64,000 nt of DNA from Eledone cirrhosa (GCA_964016885.1 OZ024744.1:108686001-108750000); one strand, 5' to 3'. Positions 1 through 13,233 are shown, counted from the stretch's first letter. A program made the numbers and translations. The notes: generated by a model not told the origin, from the letters alone.

Positions 1-835
1 TTGCATCTATTTGTGCGTATATATATTTTTGGTTGGATATCAATATAACTTACCTCTCTATATATAGTGTGGATATATGCACTTTGTAATCTATGAAATG
101 TATGTGTTTTAACTATGCCAACATGTATTTATCTGAGTTTGATTATTTATACATAAACATACTTGATAGTATTTTAGAACATATCATACGCTGTATTATA
201 CTAAGTGAAATTTACCACACAGTACTATAATGTGTTGGTTAAGTTGTATATTATCGCATTACTGTATTTCATTTTCTTACTATAATTTTCATCTTTTAAT
301 ATACTATCTTTCCTAGCCATAACCTTAATTTATATTCACCTAAAAACTCAATACAACACTAATCAACATTTATTTTTACATTCCTTTTTAACTTCACTAT
401 ACCAGATACATTCAACTATCAGTTTGACAATCCCTTTCCTCCTAATAGATTTTTATGCCAATTCTACTATTAACACCCTTCAACCATTCCTTTCAAAGGG
501 TCATGACCTCAACTAAAGTGTATTACTTTTCATCTTAACACCATATGAAAAAAACAATTTGATTGGTTAGTTCTTCAACTTCCTCCGAACAAGAACATGA
601 TACTAACATACTACTAATTCTGAATAAAATTATTATTGAATAAAATTATTATTGCTTTTGAAAACAGCTGGTGATATGCATGTAAGTAAATATTCTCTTT
701 ATCTGATATTTTGTAACTAAACTTACATAGATCAATAACGGAGTATAGCTACAATGTATTATCATCACCTAGAAACGATCGTAAAACAGTGAAGTTTATC
801 TCTAATGACTTGATTTTTTATTTCATTGTTTTAAC
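1..835 (+). mobile_element. AT-rich 3' end/terminal repeat of a Penelope-like element, ending in a (TA)n/(TG)n microsatellite
   Basis: AT-rich and ORF-less. Contains a hammerhead near its end (649-792) followed directly by a microsatellite, the same layout as 4600-5830. Confidence 0.5.
649..792 (+). ncRNA. Type I hammerhead ribozyme, U3:A8 core variant, extended stem II
   Basis: Stem I TTATTGCTT(649-657)/AAACAGTGA(784-792), one mismatch. Core TTGAAAA 658-664. Stem II includes GGTGAT/ATCACC and ATGTAAGT/ACTTACAT. GAAA 772-775. Palindromic stem III ACGATCGT with GUA site. Confidence 0.6.
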
Positions 836-836
836 T

Positions 837-1290
<454 letters not shown>

Positions 1291-1554
1291 TATAAATGGA
1301 AAAAATGAAATTTCATTTCTCCCTCTTAGTACGGCTGATACCTAAATATTAGTATGTATGTACATATACATACATATATGTATACAGACGTACAGTAGTA
1401 TGTATATATATACATACATGCACACATATATATATGTACGTATAGATTTACCGAACATTTATTATAATATTCGGTTTGTTTGAAAACAAACAGTCCGAAT
1501 TAAACCGTACAGTGTTCGGCCACCATCGTTGCCCTTTTGTTCAACACTAACAAA

Positions 1555-1609
1555 GGAACGATGAACTAGTTTCTAGCTTATTAGCTGTCACCAGCACCGT
1601 ATACCTTGC
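1555..1609 (-). ncRNA. Hammerhead copy with a mutated core (CTGGTGA)
   Basis: Reverse-complement homolog of 2086-2140 with an A6G change. Confidence 0.55.
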
Positions 1610-2085
1610 TGTCAGTCTATTGAACGTTTGAAATATATACTTTCCTTATGCATATTAACGACTGAGCAGCCTAATTTGCATATCGAGTGAGTTAGTCGGC
1701 CGGGCGTACCGAAAACGATAAATGGAAAAAATGAAATTTCATTTCTCACTCTTAGTACGGCTGATACTTAAATGTAAGTATGTACACGTACATACATATA
1801 TGTATACAGACGTACAGTAGTATGTATATACATACATACATGCACACATATATATATATATATGTACGTATGGGTTTACCGAACATTTATTATAATGTTC
1901 GGTTTGTTTGTAAACAAACAGCCCGAATTAAGCCGTACAGTGTTCGGCAACCATCGTTGCCCTTTTTTCCATTTATCGTTTTCGGTACGCCCTGCCGACT
2001 AACTCACTCGATATGCCAATTAGAATGCTCAGCCTTTAATATGCATAAGGAAAGTATATACTTTCAAACGTTCAATAGACTGACA

Positions 2086-2140
2086 GGAAGGTATACGGTG
2101 CTGATGACAGCTAATAAGCTAGAAACTAGTTCATCCTTCC
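2086..2140 (+). ncRNA. Minimal type I hammerhead ribozyme
   Basis: GGAAG..GGTG-CTGATGA(2101-2107)-CAGCT AATA AGCTA-GAAA(2122-2125)-CTAG-TT-CATC CTTCC; palindromic stem III ACTAGT. Confidence 0.75.
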
Positions 2141-2753
2141 TTTGTCAGTTTTGAACAAAAGAGCAACGATGGTTGCCGAACACTGTACGGCTTAATTTGG
2201 GCTGTTTGTTTACAAACCAACCGAACATTATAATAAATGTTCGGTAAACCCATACGTACATATATATATGTGTGCATGCATGTGTGTATATACATACTAC
2301 TGTACGTCTGTATACAATATGTATGTACGTATACATACTTACATATATGTATATATATAAGCAAAAGGGATATTCAAATTGTTGGTAATTCAACAAATAT
2401 AAATGTTTATAACTGATTCAAAGCTCTCGACAGGTTTTCTGGAGTATAATATTCAATGATATTAAAGAGATTAAAGAGATTATTAAAGAGATTTTGATAA
2501 AAAATCGGAAGACAAAATAAATAAATCCAGTTACAACTTTGATCTTATCTTCAAAACTAAGAAGAATCCACCTAGCAACAAACTACTAGCCGAATTTGAA
2601 AATGAAGTAATCTCTATTATACAAAACATTAAATTTAAAAGAAACCAATTTATCGGCCAGGAGTACCTTAAAGGCCTCAAGAATACAATATACAATCTAG
2701 AAAAAACAAAGAAGATTCTTGTAAAATCTGACAAAACAAATAATTTATATGGT

Positions 2754-3512
2754 ATGGAAAAGGACGACTATAACCTTATACTGAAAGAACTCCGGAAAAA
2801 CTATAAAAGGACATCGAATGAAGATCTTTCAACCTTAAATAGAGAAGCTTCGGAAAGTATTTATAAATTAGGCATTCAAAATAGGACTGAACCCTTTATA
2901 CCTAGAAAACCGAAGATTAACTTGAAGGACCACAAAAGAAATTTTGAAGTTGAACTACCAGTCAGACTCATCGCACCATCTAATTCGGACTTAGGCATAA
3001 TTAACAAGCATATACTAGATAGAATTATACCACTACTTAAAGAAAAATCACACCTTAAACTATGGAACGGTACTAATGAAGTTATAGATTGGTTTAAAAA
3101 CATAAAATTAAAACATAAGAAAAAATTCATTCAAATGGATATTGCAAATTACTACTCCTCTATTATCCCTAGCTTACTTAATAAGGCACTTATCTACGCG
3201 TCTAAACATACAGACTTATCTAGTGATGAAATGAATATAATTCTAACAGCACGTAAAACCCTAATAGAATTTAATAATCATCTCTGGACAAGAGCCGACA
3301 GAAAAAGCAATTTTGATATCACTCGGGGATCATCTGACTCGGCGCAAGTAACAGACCTCATTGGATTATTTATTAATAATGTACTGCATAGTAAAATGTC
3401 AGAGATGACCGGAGGTTTATATCGCGACGATATGTTACTTTTAATTGAAAATCATAGCAATAGTGAAATTAATGGGAAAAAGAAATCCATAATACAACAA
3501 CTACAACCTTAA
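2754..3512 (+). pseudogene. PLE reverse transcriptase fragment
   Basis: ORF track; YRDD catalytic motif; frameshifted downstream. Confidence 0.85.
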
Positions 3513-3802
3513 TTTAGAAATCGAGAATAATTACAAAATCGTTAACTTCTTAGATGTAACCTTAAACCTTAGTACAGGTCTTTACTATCCATTCCATAAA
3601 ATTAACGAAAATTTAAATTACGTAAGTTTCAATTCTAATCATCCTAGAAATATAATAAAACAGTATTGTCAATAGCGTCCAGCAACGGATTTCACGCATT
3701 TCCGCTAATAAAAATATTTTTGATGATAAGGCAGAATATTACAATGAGGCTTTACATAGAGCGGGATACTCAAATAAAATTAAATACTTAGATAACAATA
3801 AC

Positions 3803-4575
3803 ATGATATATCATCCTAGAATTCATTATAATAACAATAAACAATTCAACTCAAATAGTAAACCAAACAAAAAAACTGGAACTAGAAATATTATTTGGTA
3901 CTCTCCCCCATTCTCATTAGGCGTTAAAACACCTTTAGCAAAGCTATTTTTTAAAGCACTAGATAAGTGTTTTCCTAAAACCCACAGGTACCACTCTATT
4001 TTTAACAGACGCACTATAAAACTATCCTACTCTACTACTATGAACATAGCACAAAATATAAACAGAATTAATAATAGAAACTTAAATTTAAATCCTAAGA
4101 TAACAATAATAATATCTCTAATAACAATATTCATAATAATAGTACCGTTCCTAGTAACAACTCCAGAAAATGTAACTAGAATTAAATCAAACTGCCCTTT
4201 ACATAATAATTGCTTAGACAAAAACGTAATTTATAAATACACAGTTAAAACTAGAGACAAAATATTTAACTATATAGGTGCCACTTCTACAAAATTCAAA
4301 GAACGCTGGTACAATCATAAACAAACATTTAATAGGTCCGATAAAAATCTTCCACTTCACTTTCACATTTAATTTGGAATTTAAAAGACAACAATATAGA
4401 CTATTCAATATCTTGGGGAACGATTTCGAAAGCACCTGCATACCGAAATATGGCTTCCTCACGAATCTATCATTTGTGTATCGAGGAAATTTTTTAGATA
4501 ATTAACTATCAAATCTCTATTAATCTTAAAACAGAATTATTTTCTAGTTGCAGACATCGCCAAAATCCCACTTTC
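3803..4575 (+). pseudogene. PLE linker + GIY-YIG endonuclease fragment
   Basis: VIYK...YIGAT..FKERWYNH, continuing out of frame to SSCRHR. Confidence 0.8.
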
Positions 4576-5726
4576 AGAAGTATTTTTAATTTATGATATT
4601 CATTACACTTGACTATATCTTATACACCTTTAAAATGATCCTATTATTTACTGAGTATTTCTTTAAAAATTTAAATTTTTTAAATGATCATGCTTCTTAA
4701 TTTTAATATTTTTAATATTTTTACCATTTGACATTATTTTCCTAATGATACTCTTCTAAATCTATTTTTTTAGATGTAGATTGATAATCTTTAATTGACA
4801 TTCTGAAAGATATCCTCTTTACGAAGGTTCTTTTTTGATCTTCAAACTTTTCACACATCTTTCGACTAAAATAATATATAATTGAAACTCTCACCCTTGA
4901 AAAAATTAATCTCACACAAAATAATATATACTTTCTGAGTAAATCATTCATCAAATTTAACGGTTAGCAAATAAGATTGGAATTATCTTTTCCTTTGCAA
5001 TTGAGCAAACATAAACATTATAATATGTATGATAAACTATATAACTTCGCTAAATTAACAATATTCTGAAAATATTTTCAATGTTGGAACAAAATAATTG
5101 AATCTACAAATTGTTCTCCTCTTACAACTTGAACTACGTCTTTTTCTTAATTTTTTTTATGTAAAATGCAAAATCAACATCCTTCGTAACTCATATGAGA
5201 AATGTAAACAACTAATAATTGTGATTTATTTCTATAAAATCACCAATAATACTTATACTTGCACATTTATTAATCTATATAGATATTTATATACTTACAA
5301 CATGTTGTAATGTAATAAGATAAAATGTACTTACAACCATAATTCTTCATATTATCTAATTGATTATATATACAATATTATAACTCACAATATAGCTAAA
5401 TAAATTTTTTAACTCTGGAATCATATTCCACCATTCCTACAAACTGTTAATTCTTTTTAAATTAACGTAAATACAAGCTCTTCTTTCTTTCTCTTTCTTC
5501 TTCCCACACATATATACACATATCCTAATAATTATTTAAATCTTCATAGCGTCTAAAAATAACGTTTTTTTCAGCCCTACACCTCAACCTCATTTTTATA
5601 CTCATCTTAATGATTTGAAATATTTGACTTTTCTTCTCTTTCCCTTCTTTCCTTCACTATTCAGGAAAAACTTGAACCTTTAAGTTCTTCTTCCTGGTTA
5701 TGTCAATATTTATAAAACAAACTTTG

Positions 5727-5787
5727 TATTTTATCTGATGAGAACGTACCAAAGTTTTGGTACCCTTGAAATATATATAATAGAATA
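5727..5787 (+). ncRNA. Minimal type I hammerhead ribozyme at the PLE 3' end
   Basis: TATTTTAT-CTGATGA(5735-5741)-stem II GTACCAAA/TTTGGTAC-GAAA(5768-5771)-TATATA-TA-ATAGAATA; palindromic stem III, AUA site. Confidence 0.8.
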
Positions 5788-5829
5788 AATATGGTTTTAT
5801 AAATATAGTTTCCATTTATTTAATATAAA

Positions 5830-6201
<372 letters not shown>

Positions 6202-6340
6202 GGATAAGAAAATACGAAGTAGTTTCAGATGTTAAAATTCTTCATTGATAAGGCTGTGATACATATTACAATAACGACAGTGGCCACGCATCAATATTTG
6301 CTGTAAGCATATATATATATATGTTTAAACTCTTATGATA

Positions 6341-6915
6341 TAATTGCCGAATTACCCGCGCCTTGCTGCGTTTCACATATTTTTTGTAAGAAAATGATGA
6401 TTGATTTTAAATCATTGATATAATTTATGGAGACAAACTCTGCATTTCAATATTACTCAACGTAAAATGTAATGCATGAAAAATTGGAAAACATTATTTT
6501 TTGTAATATATCAAATCAAAATTATGTTATTAAATCTTATTCTTATTTTGTTTCTTGTAAATAATTATTTTCAAAATATCAATTCAAAACTTTTGTGACT
6601 AGGTGTCATATCTTGTTATTTACCTATGATTTTAATTTCATATAAATTGAAGGGAAAACATTTTCAGCGGGGTTTGTGCCCCCGGGGAACCCTAATAGAG
6701 GGTTTAACCCCCATTAGGGTGTCTTAATATTATTGAAATTTGCTGAAATTTTGTGAATAGGCATCATATCTTATCATTTACCTATGGTTTAAATTTCATA
6801 TAAATCGAAGGGAAAACATTTTCGGCGGTGGTTTTCAGCGTAACTCAGAAGATCCCGTTAGGGTGAAAGCAGCGATTCTTTGCTTAAACTTTAATCTGTT
6901 ATTTTAATAAATATT
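6341..6915 (-). mobile_element. Probable non-autonomous Helitron
   Basis: Minus-strand 3' end CGCAGCAAGGCGCGGGTAATTCGGCAATT resembles the 21955-21981 terminus. The ~70-bp end (6845-6912) is shared with 13145-13212. Internal duplication present. Confidence 0.45.
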
Positions 6916-6980
6916 TGCTCTACGGTTCTTATATATTTGATATATATTTATCCTTTGGATAAATATATATCAAATATATA

Positions 6981-7580
6981 AGACCTTAGGCTATTGTTTT
7001 AGAGTAGTGACAGTCTCACTTACTTTAATTTTCAGCAAACAGGGGAGATAAAGCTGACAGAGCTCTGTTTCGCACTTTTTGGTGCTTATCAAAGCTAACT
7101 TCTCCTCCTGTTTGCTGAAAATCATGAATATTGGATTTTTATAGAATTCTAGTAATAATCAAGAACTGATTATACAGAGCGGTTGCCGGTCAAGCAGAAA
7201 TTGAAAATTAGAATTGGTGCTCTGAAATAGCGATATATATATGAATGTATATATAGTGTATTTTGCAATACACTGTATGCTTAATTAAAAGCATTTCGAA
7301 GACCTTATGCTATTGTTTTAGAGTAGTGACAGTCTCACTTACTTTGATTTTCAGCAAACAGGGGAGATAAAGCTGCGCAACAGAGTGCGAAAAAGTGCGA
7401 AACAGAGCTCTGTCAGCTTTATCTCCCCTGTTTGCTGAAAATTAAAGTAAGTGAGACTGTCACTACTCTAAAACAATAGCATAAGGTCTTCTAAATGCTT
7501 TTAATTAAGCAAACAGTGTATTGCAAAATACACTATATATACATTCATATATATATCGCTATTGCAGAGCACTAATTCTA

Positions 7581-7581
<1 letters not shown>
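6981..7581 (-). mobile_element. Non-coding ~319-bp hammerhead-bearing repeat: direct copies 6981-7299 and 7300-7375, inverted copy 7385-7581
   Basis: AGACCTTA..CTATTGTTTTAGAGTAGTGACAG at 6981 and 7300; reverse complement at ~7450-7490. Confidence 0.8.
7029..7121 (-). ncRNA. Type I hammerhead, U3:A8 variant, long stem I
   Basis: Minus strand: TTTTCAGCAAACAGGAGGAGAAGTTAGCT-TTGATAA-GCAC CAAAAA GTGC-GAAA-CAGAGCTCTG-TC-AGCTTTATCTCCCCTGTTTGCTGAAAA. Confidence 0.8.
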
Positions 7582-7620
<39 letters not shown>

Positions 7621-7621
<1 letters not shown>

Positions 7622-7835
7622 GGAACGATCGACTGTCGTCAAATTGGACCGAGGAAACAATGTTTCCGTCGGTCTTTCCAATTGCTAATACTATCTATCG
7701 GTCGCAACTCCAGATAGAAGGAGCAACGTGAAATAAAGTGTCTTGCTCAAGGACATAACGCATCGCCTGGTCCAGGAATCGAACTTACAACCTTACGATT
7801 GCGAATCCAATTATCTAACCACTCAGCCACACGCC
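7621..7835 (-). mobile_element. tRNA-derived SINE with a CORE-like domain
   Basis: A/B boxes (TGGCTGAGTGG, GTTCGATTCC) and TGTCCTTGAGCAAGACACTT; second copy at 14625-14840. Confidence 0.75.
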
Positions 7836-8151
7836 TTCACAATATTAGAAACAAAAATCAAGGTTACCAACTTATATTCAGTCCTTTATTTCTACATCCG
7901 TTTCATGTATTTGCAGGATGTTTTTTTGTTCTTGAAATCTTGTGAGGTTAGTAAACCTTATTTATGTTTGTTTTTTTTATAATTCCCCGAGGATATGACG
8001 GTTGTAGGTAATATGTATATTGTAGTTATCTGTTAACTAATAATTTCCAGTTGTTCTGCAAATACATGAACCATTATAACTGCATTGGAACAGACGTAGA
8101 AATAAAGGAGTGAGTTAAGTTGGTATCCTTGATTTGTTTCTAATATTAAAT

Positions 8152-8338
8152 ATTTGTTTCTACTTTAGGCACAAGGCCAGCAATTACCCAGTGCATTACT
8201 GGTACTTTATTTTTTTCGACCCCCGTAAGGATGAAAGGCAAAGTTAACCTCGGCGGGATTTGAACTCAGACTGTAAAGGGACGTAACTATGCTAGAAAGC
8301 ATGGCGGCGTCCAACCCTCTACCGATACTGCCAATTCC
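8152..8338 (-). mobile_element. tRNA SINE with a Nin-like central domain
   Basis: GAGTTCAAATCC B-box + TTTGCCTTTCATCCTTACGGGGTCGATAAAATAAAGTACCAG core. Confidence 0.85.
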
Positions 8339-8499
8339 TCAATGTTAATGCTCTGCTACCTGAACTGTCCTTAACAAGATATTTAACTGTTGATAACTTA
8401 ATTGTGTGGTTCAAACTCCTGGCCAACCGAGGATTGTACTCTGCATAGAGTTTCTCTCATCTTACCAAAGATAATAGTGAAATACTACACAAAATCACG

Positions 8500-8533
<34 letters not shown>

Positions 8534-8595
8534 CGCCAGGTGGTGCTGTTCAGTTAGACATGGCCTTGGCCAATACTGGCCGAAATGTATCAAAG

Positions 8596-8643
<48 letters not shown>

Positions 8644-8766
8644 GTGAGGGTTTTTTACAAAATGAAAAAAACGAGGTGTCCTACAGAGTGAAAGTATAAG
8701 GAAAAAAGATGAAATCGAAAATGCAACTGGAGTCTTTTTTTTTAAAATATATATATATTTATTTGG

Positions 8767-8810
8767 TTCCTTTACCGGTTTCGCAGTTATTCTGCTTTTC
8801 AAAAGTAGAA
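8767..8810 (-). ncRNA. Minimal type I hammerhead, U3:A8 variant, in the inverted PLE terminal repeat
   Basis: Minus strand: TTCTACTT-TTGAAAA-GCAG AATAA CTGC-GAAA-CCGG-TA-AAGGAA; palindromic ACCGGT; stem I short and bulged. Confidence 0.65.
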
Positions 8811-9905
8811 TTGAGATGGAAGGTTTGTGGTTTTTTCTCACATCTGTTTGGTGTTTGAATGTTACTTCTGTTTTATATGGAAAAAAGTGGCTCGAAAGCC
8901 AGGTTTTTAGAGAAGTAATTTGGTTGGTTGATGACTGTCATGTGAATAAGTATAATAAATTTCGCGCCAGTTCACGTTACACAGTTCTTATTATATTTGC
9001 CTTCAAAAAAAGAGGAGGCTCAGATTGTTTTTTCATACATGAGTGAAGTTTGGTTGGTTGATGCAGTCACGTGAATAAGCACATCAGCTTTCGCGCCAGT
9101 TTGTGTTTGAATTTCTTTTTACTTAAAAAAAAAGTGGCTCACAAAGGCTTTTTTTTATAAATGTAATTTGATTGGTTATAAATGAAATTATGATTGTCAC
9201 GTGAACAAGTACATTAAATTTCGCGCCCGTATTTTGGAATTCGACCAACTAAATGATTTCAAAATTTAATTAACGGCATCAATAACCACATCCAATTCAC
9301 AATGGAATACAGCCAAGATCAACTCCCATTTCTGGACATCTTAATCATAAAAAAGGCACAAATATTGAAACTGACATACACTACAAACCAACAGATTCCA
9401 AACAATACCTGCTATTCACCTCCAACCATCCAAAGCACAAAAGACGAACATTCCTTTTAACCTAGCAAGAAGAATTTCCACAATTGTCTCCAATTATGAA
9501 ACGCGAAATAAAAGACTTCAAGAATTAAAGGAAATTCTGCTCGAAAGACAGTACCCACCATTACTAATAAATAATGGAATAGAAAGGGCTAAACCAATAG
9601 GCATTGATGAATTACGAAAACAGAAACAAATTCAAGGTACGTCCAATATTCTATCATATATCTCAACACACAACACAAAGAAATGCGGAAGCTTACAACA
9701 TTATTCACAATTTCATCCCACTATTGAAACAAGACCCAAGAAGGAAAAAAGCTCCTGAAACACACAAAATAATCAAAAGCAAAAGACAACCGAAATCACT
9801 GAAAACATTACTCACCAATGCCAAATTACCATAAACCCACAACCAGCTGTCAAAAAATGTGGTCGCTCTAATTGTGGAACCTGCACTCACCTCATTGAAG
9901 GCAAC

Positions 9906-10253
9906 ATGTATATATTTCAATCAGGACAAAATTTTGCTGTAAAAAATCATTTCACTTGCTCATCAAAAAATTTAATTTATGCCATTAAATGTAAAGGATA
10001 CAATGAAGATTATATAGGACAAATTAAACTCACACTCAGAAACAGAATGACAGTTCATCGCCAACAATTACGAGACCCTACCACAAGACAGATACCACTC
10101 AGTGCACATCTAGACATATGCGCAAGTAATAAGACACCCAAATTCCAAGCCTTCCCATTTTATCTTTGCGCTGACAATACAACAGAACAAATACGAATAA
10201 ATAAGGAAAATATGTTTATTCAAAAATATAGACCAGCATTAAATATAGTTTAA
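9906..10253 (+). pseudogene. PLE GIY-YIG endonuclease fragment
   Basis: LIYAIKC...YIGQ...R...H...H...E...P.LN pattern. Confidence 0.85.
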
Positions 10254-11072
10254 TATACATTATGTCAACATCATAACATGCTAACCATCCAAACAGACAC
10301 ATACATACACACATTTTCGAAAATAAAAACCAGAACTAAATAAACCTTAACATACGTTAATACTCTAACACCTTAACATACTAACCACACACCCCACACA
10401 CACATAACTCCCTCCCCCATTTCTACTAACGGAATCATTTTCCTACACACACAAAAATATATATTCTCTCCATCTTAACATGCTAACCATACTCCCCCAC
10501 ACACATAAAACACTCATACACACACACAACTCCCTCCCCCATTTCTACTAATAGAATCATCTTCCTACACACACACACACACACAGACACACACACATAC
10601 ATACACCAGCACACAAATAAACATATATATATCTACTTTCTTTATTTAGAAAATCTGAAATTTGACACCTCAGCACATCAGCCATATTCACTGAACCAGA
10701 ACAATTCTCCTCATCCCGTTTGTCTTGACCATTATCTTTTGTTTGGCGCAAAATTCTCTAAATGGCTACAAAAAAATTCCAAAATACGGGCGCCAAATTT
10801 AATGTACTTGTTCACGTGACAGTCATAATTTCATTTATAACCAATCAAATTACATTTATAAAAAAAAAGCCTTCGTGAACCACTTTTTTTAAAGGCAAAT
10901 ATAATAAGAACTGTGTAACGCGAACTGGCGCGAAATTTATTATACTTATTCACATGACAGTCATCAACCAACCATATTACTTCTCTAAAAACCTAGCATT
11001 TCGAGCCACTTTTTTCCATATAAAACAGAAGTAACATTCAAACACCAACCAGATGTGAGAAAAACCACAAAC

Positions 11073-12779
11073 ATCAATAATTACTACTCCTCCATCACTT
11101 TACCACTTCTCCTTAGAGCTATCAATTTCGCTAAAACACTCACAGTGGTTAAGGATTTCGAAGTTGATGTCATCCACAATGCCCGTAAGTCGGTGATTAA
11201 TTTCGACGACTCTATTTGTATTAAAAATCCAATAGTACCCCATTCGACGTGAGTATGGGCGCCAGCGATTCTGCGGAGGTTACTGATCTTATCGGCCTTT
11301 TCCTTCTTTTCTCTATCAAGGACGAATTCCCCAACGTGGGCGGTGGTTTGTACCGTGATGATGGTCTTTTGACCATGACTAAGTGCGGCCCTCGTGCTTG
11401 CGACAGGTTATGAAAAGAACTCACAGCATTCTTTAAAGGCTTCAACCGCTCTATACAGGTTGAGGCCAGCCTCTCGGTCGTTAATTACCTCGACGTTACC
11501 TTCAATTTATCGAATGGCTTGTATTACCCGTATAGAAAGCCGAATGATACGCTTAATTACATAAGTAAGCATTCCAACCACCCTGCCAGCATAACCAAGA
11601 ACCTGGTAAGAAACGTTTCGTTGAGGCTTTCCCGTCTATCTACTAACGAGCATATTACTATTAAAATTTCATACTCTACGACTCCTAACCTTGCACATAA
11701 CATCACAGCTTCAAATTTAGCTAAACTACCTAGCCGTAGGAACACGTGCAACCCTGTAGTTAGTACTAACTGTAATTGTAGGAATCGGGTTGATTGGCCC
11801 CTATCCGGGAAATACCTCTCTAGTAACTTTGTCTACAAATGTAAGGTTGAAACACCCACGTCCCGTAGGGCCTACATAGGGTTAACCGCCAATAGATTCA
11901 AGCAGCGTCTTTACATGCATACCCATTCTTTTCGTTACCCTCTAAGAAGGAATATGACGTCATTTTCAGCTTATATCTGGAGTCTAAAAGACAACCACAC
12001 CCAATATAAGTTACACTGGGAGATCCTAGCTAGGGTTAGATCGTATAACGGAAATAAAAGACCATGTGACCTCTGCGCCGCTGAGGCCCTGGAAATACTC
12101 TACGCCACAGACCATATCTTAAACAAAATATCTGAGGTAATTTCGGCTTGTAAACATAAATTGCACAAAACTTTCCTGTATTACAGCCCCACATTATACC
12201 CTAACGGATAGTACGACCTATACGCGGATATTTTACGTCCTGATGTGGTAGCTAAGTATATGTTATGTTTATACCATTACTTATTTGCATAGGTAAGTAT
12301 ATATTACCGTTATGTTTTGTGAAGGTACGTATACTTTCTCGTACGTATATTTGATTGTATATGTTATGGCGTATATTTTTTTATATATTCTGGTACATAT
12401 GCTTTTGGTTATGTGTATACGTGAGTTTTGCGTCTGTGTGAGTATGCGGGTTCGTACGTATGTAGGGTGTGTGTATATGTGTACTTCGTGTTTTGGTTGA
12501 CGTTCGTCTCCGAACATTTGTGTATTTACATGTAGGTATGTGTGTGCGCTTGTTATATACGTATTTATTTATTTATATACGTTTATTTAATTATTTGTAT
12601 ACACGCACACACACACACACATTTATATGTGCGTGTATTTGTATACCTATGGTGAGTATTTTCGCGTATGCTTGTGTATGTACGTAGTTGGATGCGTGTA
12701 TGTATTTATTTAATTTCAATTACCTCTGTATTTTATTTACTTTATTCTTAACTCTGAAGCGGAGAATCATTCGGTTTCC
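11073..12779 (+). mobile_element. Second Naiad-type PLE, 5'-truncated, with an internal deletion near 11655
   Basis: FDVSMGASDSAEVTDLIG, GLYRDDGL, NYLDVTF, CNCR..WPL, YIGLTANRFKQR, CDLC..E, ISACKH. Confidence 0.85.
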
Positions 12780-13212
12780 TAGTTAGAATTTTAGTCTACG
12801 ACTTCAGTTATGCCATTTACTTAGTTTTGTCTTTGCGTGCAATTGTTCTCCACGCTCCACATATGACGTATTATCTTCGTTTTTTTTCGTTCATTGCCAG
12901 CGAACGTCTCTATGAACCACCTAATAGAATATTAGCCTACGACTTCTTTTATACCATAAATGTGGTTCTGTCTTTGCGTGTAATTGTTTTTCACCGCTCC
13001 AAATAATGACGTATTATATTCGTTTTTTCCCGTTCTTTGCCAGGGAACGTTTCCACGAACCAAAGTATCGTCTTCCTGTCTTCCTCCGGTTGCAACGTTT
13101 TTTGAAATATTTACTTCTGCGTTTACAGATTGACTTTGTTAGTTTCAGAAGATCCCGTTAAGTGTGAAAGCAGCGATTCTTTGCTTAAACTTTAATCTGT
13201 TATTTTAATAAA
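12779..13212 (-). mobile_element. Probable non-autonomous Helitron with a ~140-bp internal tandem duplication
   Basis: Body is a reverse-complement homolog of 21120-21335. One end is shared with 6845-6912. CTAG at 12779-12782. Confidence 0.5.
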
Positions 13213-13233
13213 TATATATATACATATATCTAT

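Larger units (their letters stand above)
1292..2341 (-). mobile_element. Non-coding ~426-bp hammerhead-bearing repeat: 1.6 direct copies plus one inverted copy (PLE pLTR / retrozyme-like)
   Basis: ATAAATGGAAAAAATGAAATTTC at 1292 and 1718. 1963-2341 is the reverse complement of unit 1. Flanked by microsatellites. Confidence 0.75.
8640..11072 (+). mobile_element. Penelope-like element, Neptune-type, 5'-truncated, with inverted 5' terminal repeat (8823-9241 vs 10776-11072)
   Basis: LPFLDILI, HYKPTDSKQYL, CGRSNCGTC linker, FTCSSKNLIYAIKC..YIGQ..RNRMTVH..SAHL; long inverted repeat around the coding remnant. Confidence 0.85.

Noticed and set aside
6846-6880. CAGAAGA-TCCC GTTA GGGT-GAAA hammerhead-like motif (also ~13146)
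   Set aside because: U4 is A in both copies, stems I and III are unconvincing, and it is better explained as a Helitron-like terminus
8570-8597. GGCCA ATAC TGGCC-GAAA-TGTA-TC, possible hammerhead 3' half
   Set aside because: No CUGANGA core or stem I
11073-12211. Possible selenoprotein-type Naiad (in-frame TGA)
   Set aside because: The TGA near 11410 falls at an Arg-like position (DRL*KEL, consistent with CGA>TGA decay), not at a conserved Cys; no SECIS recognised
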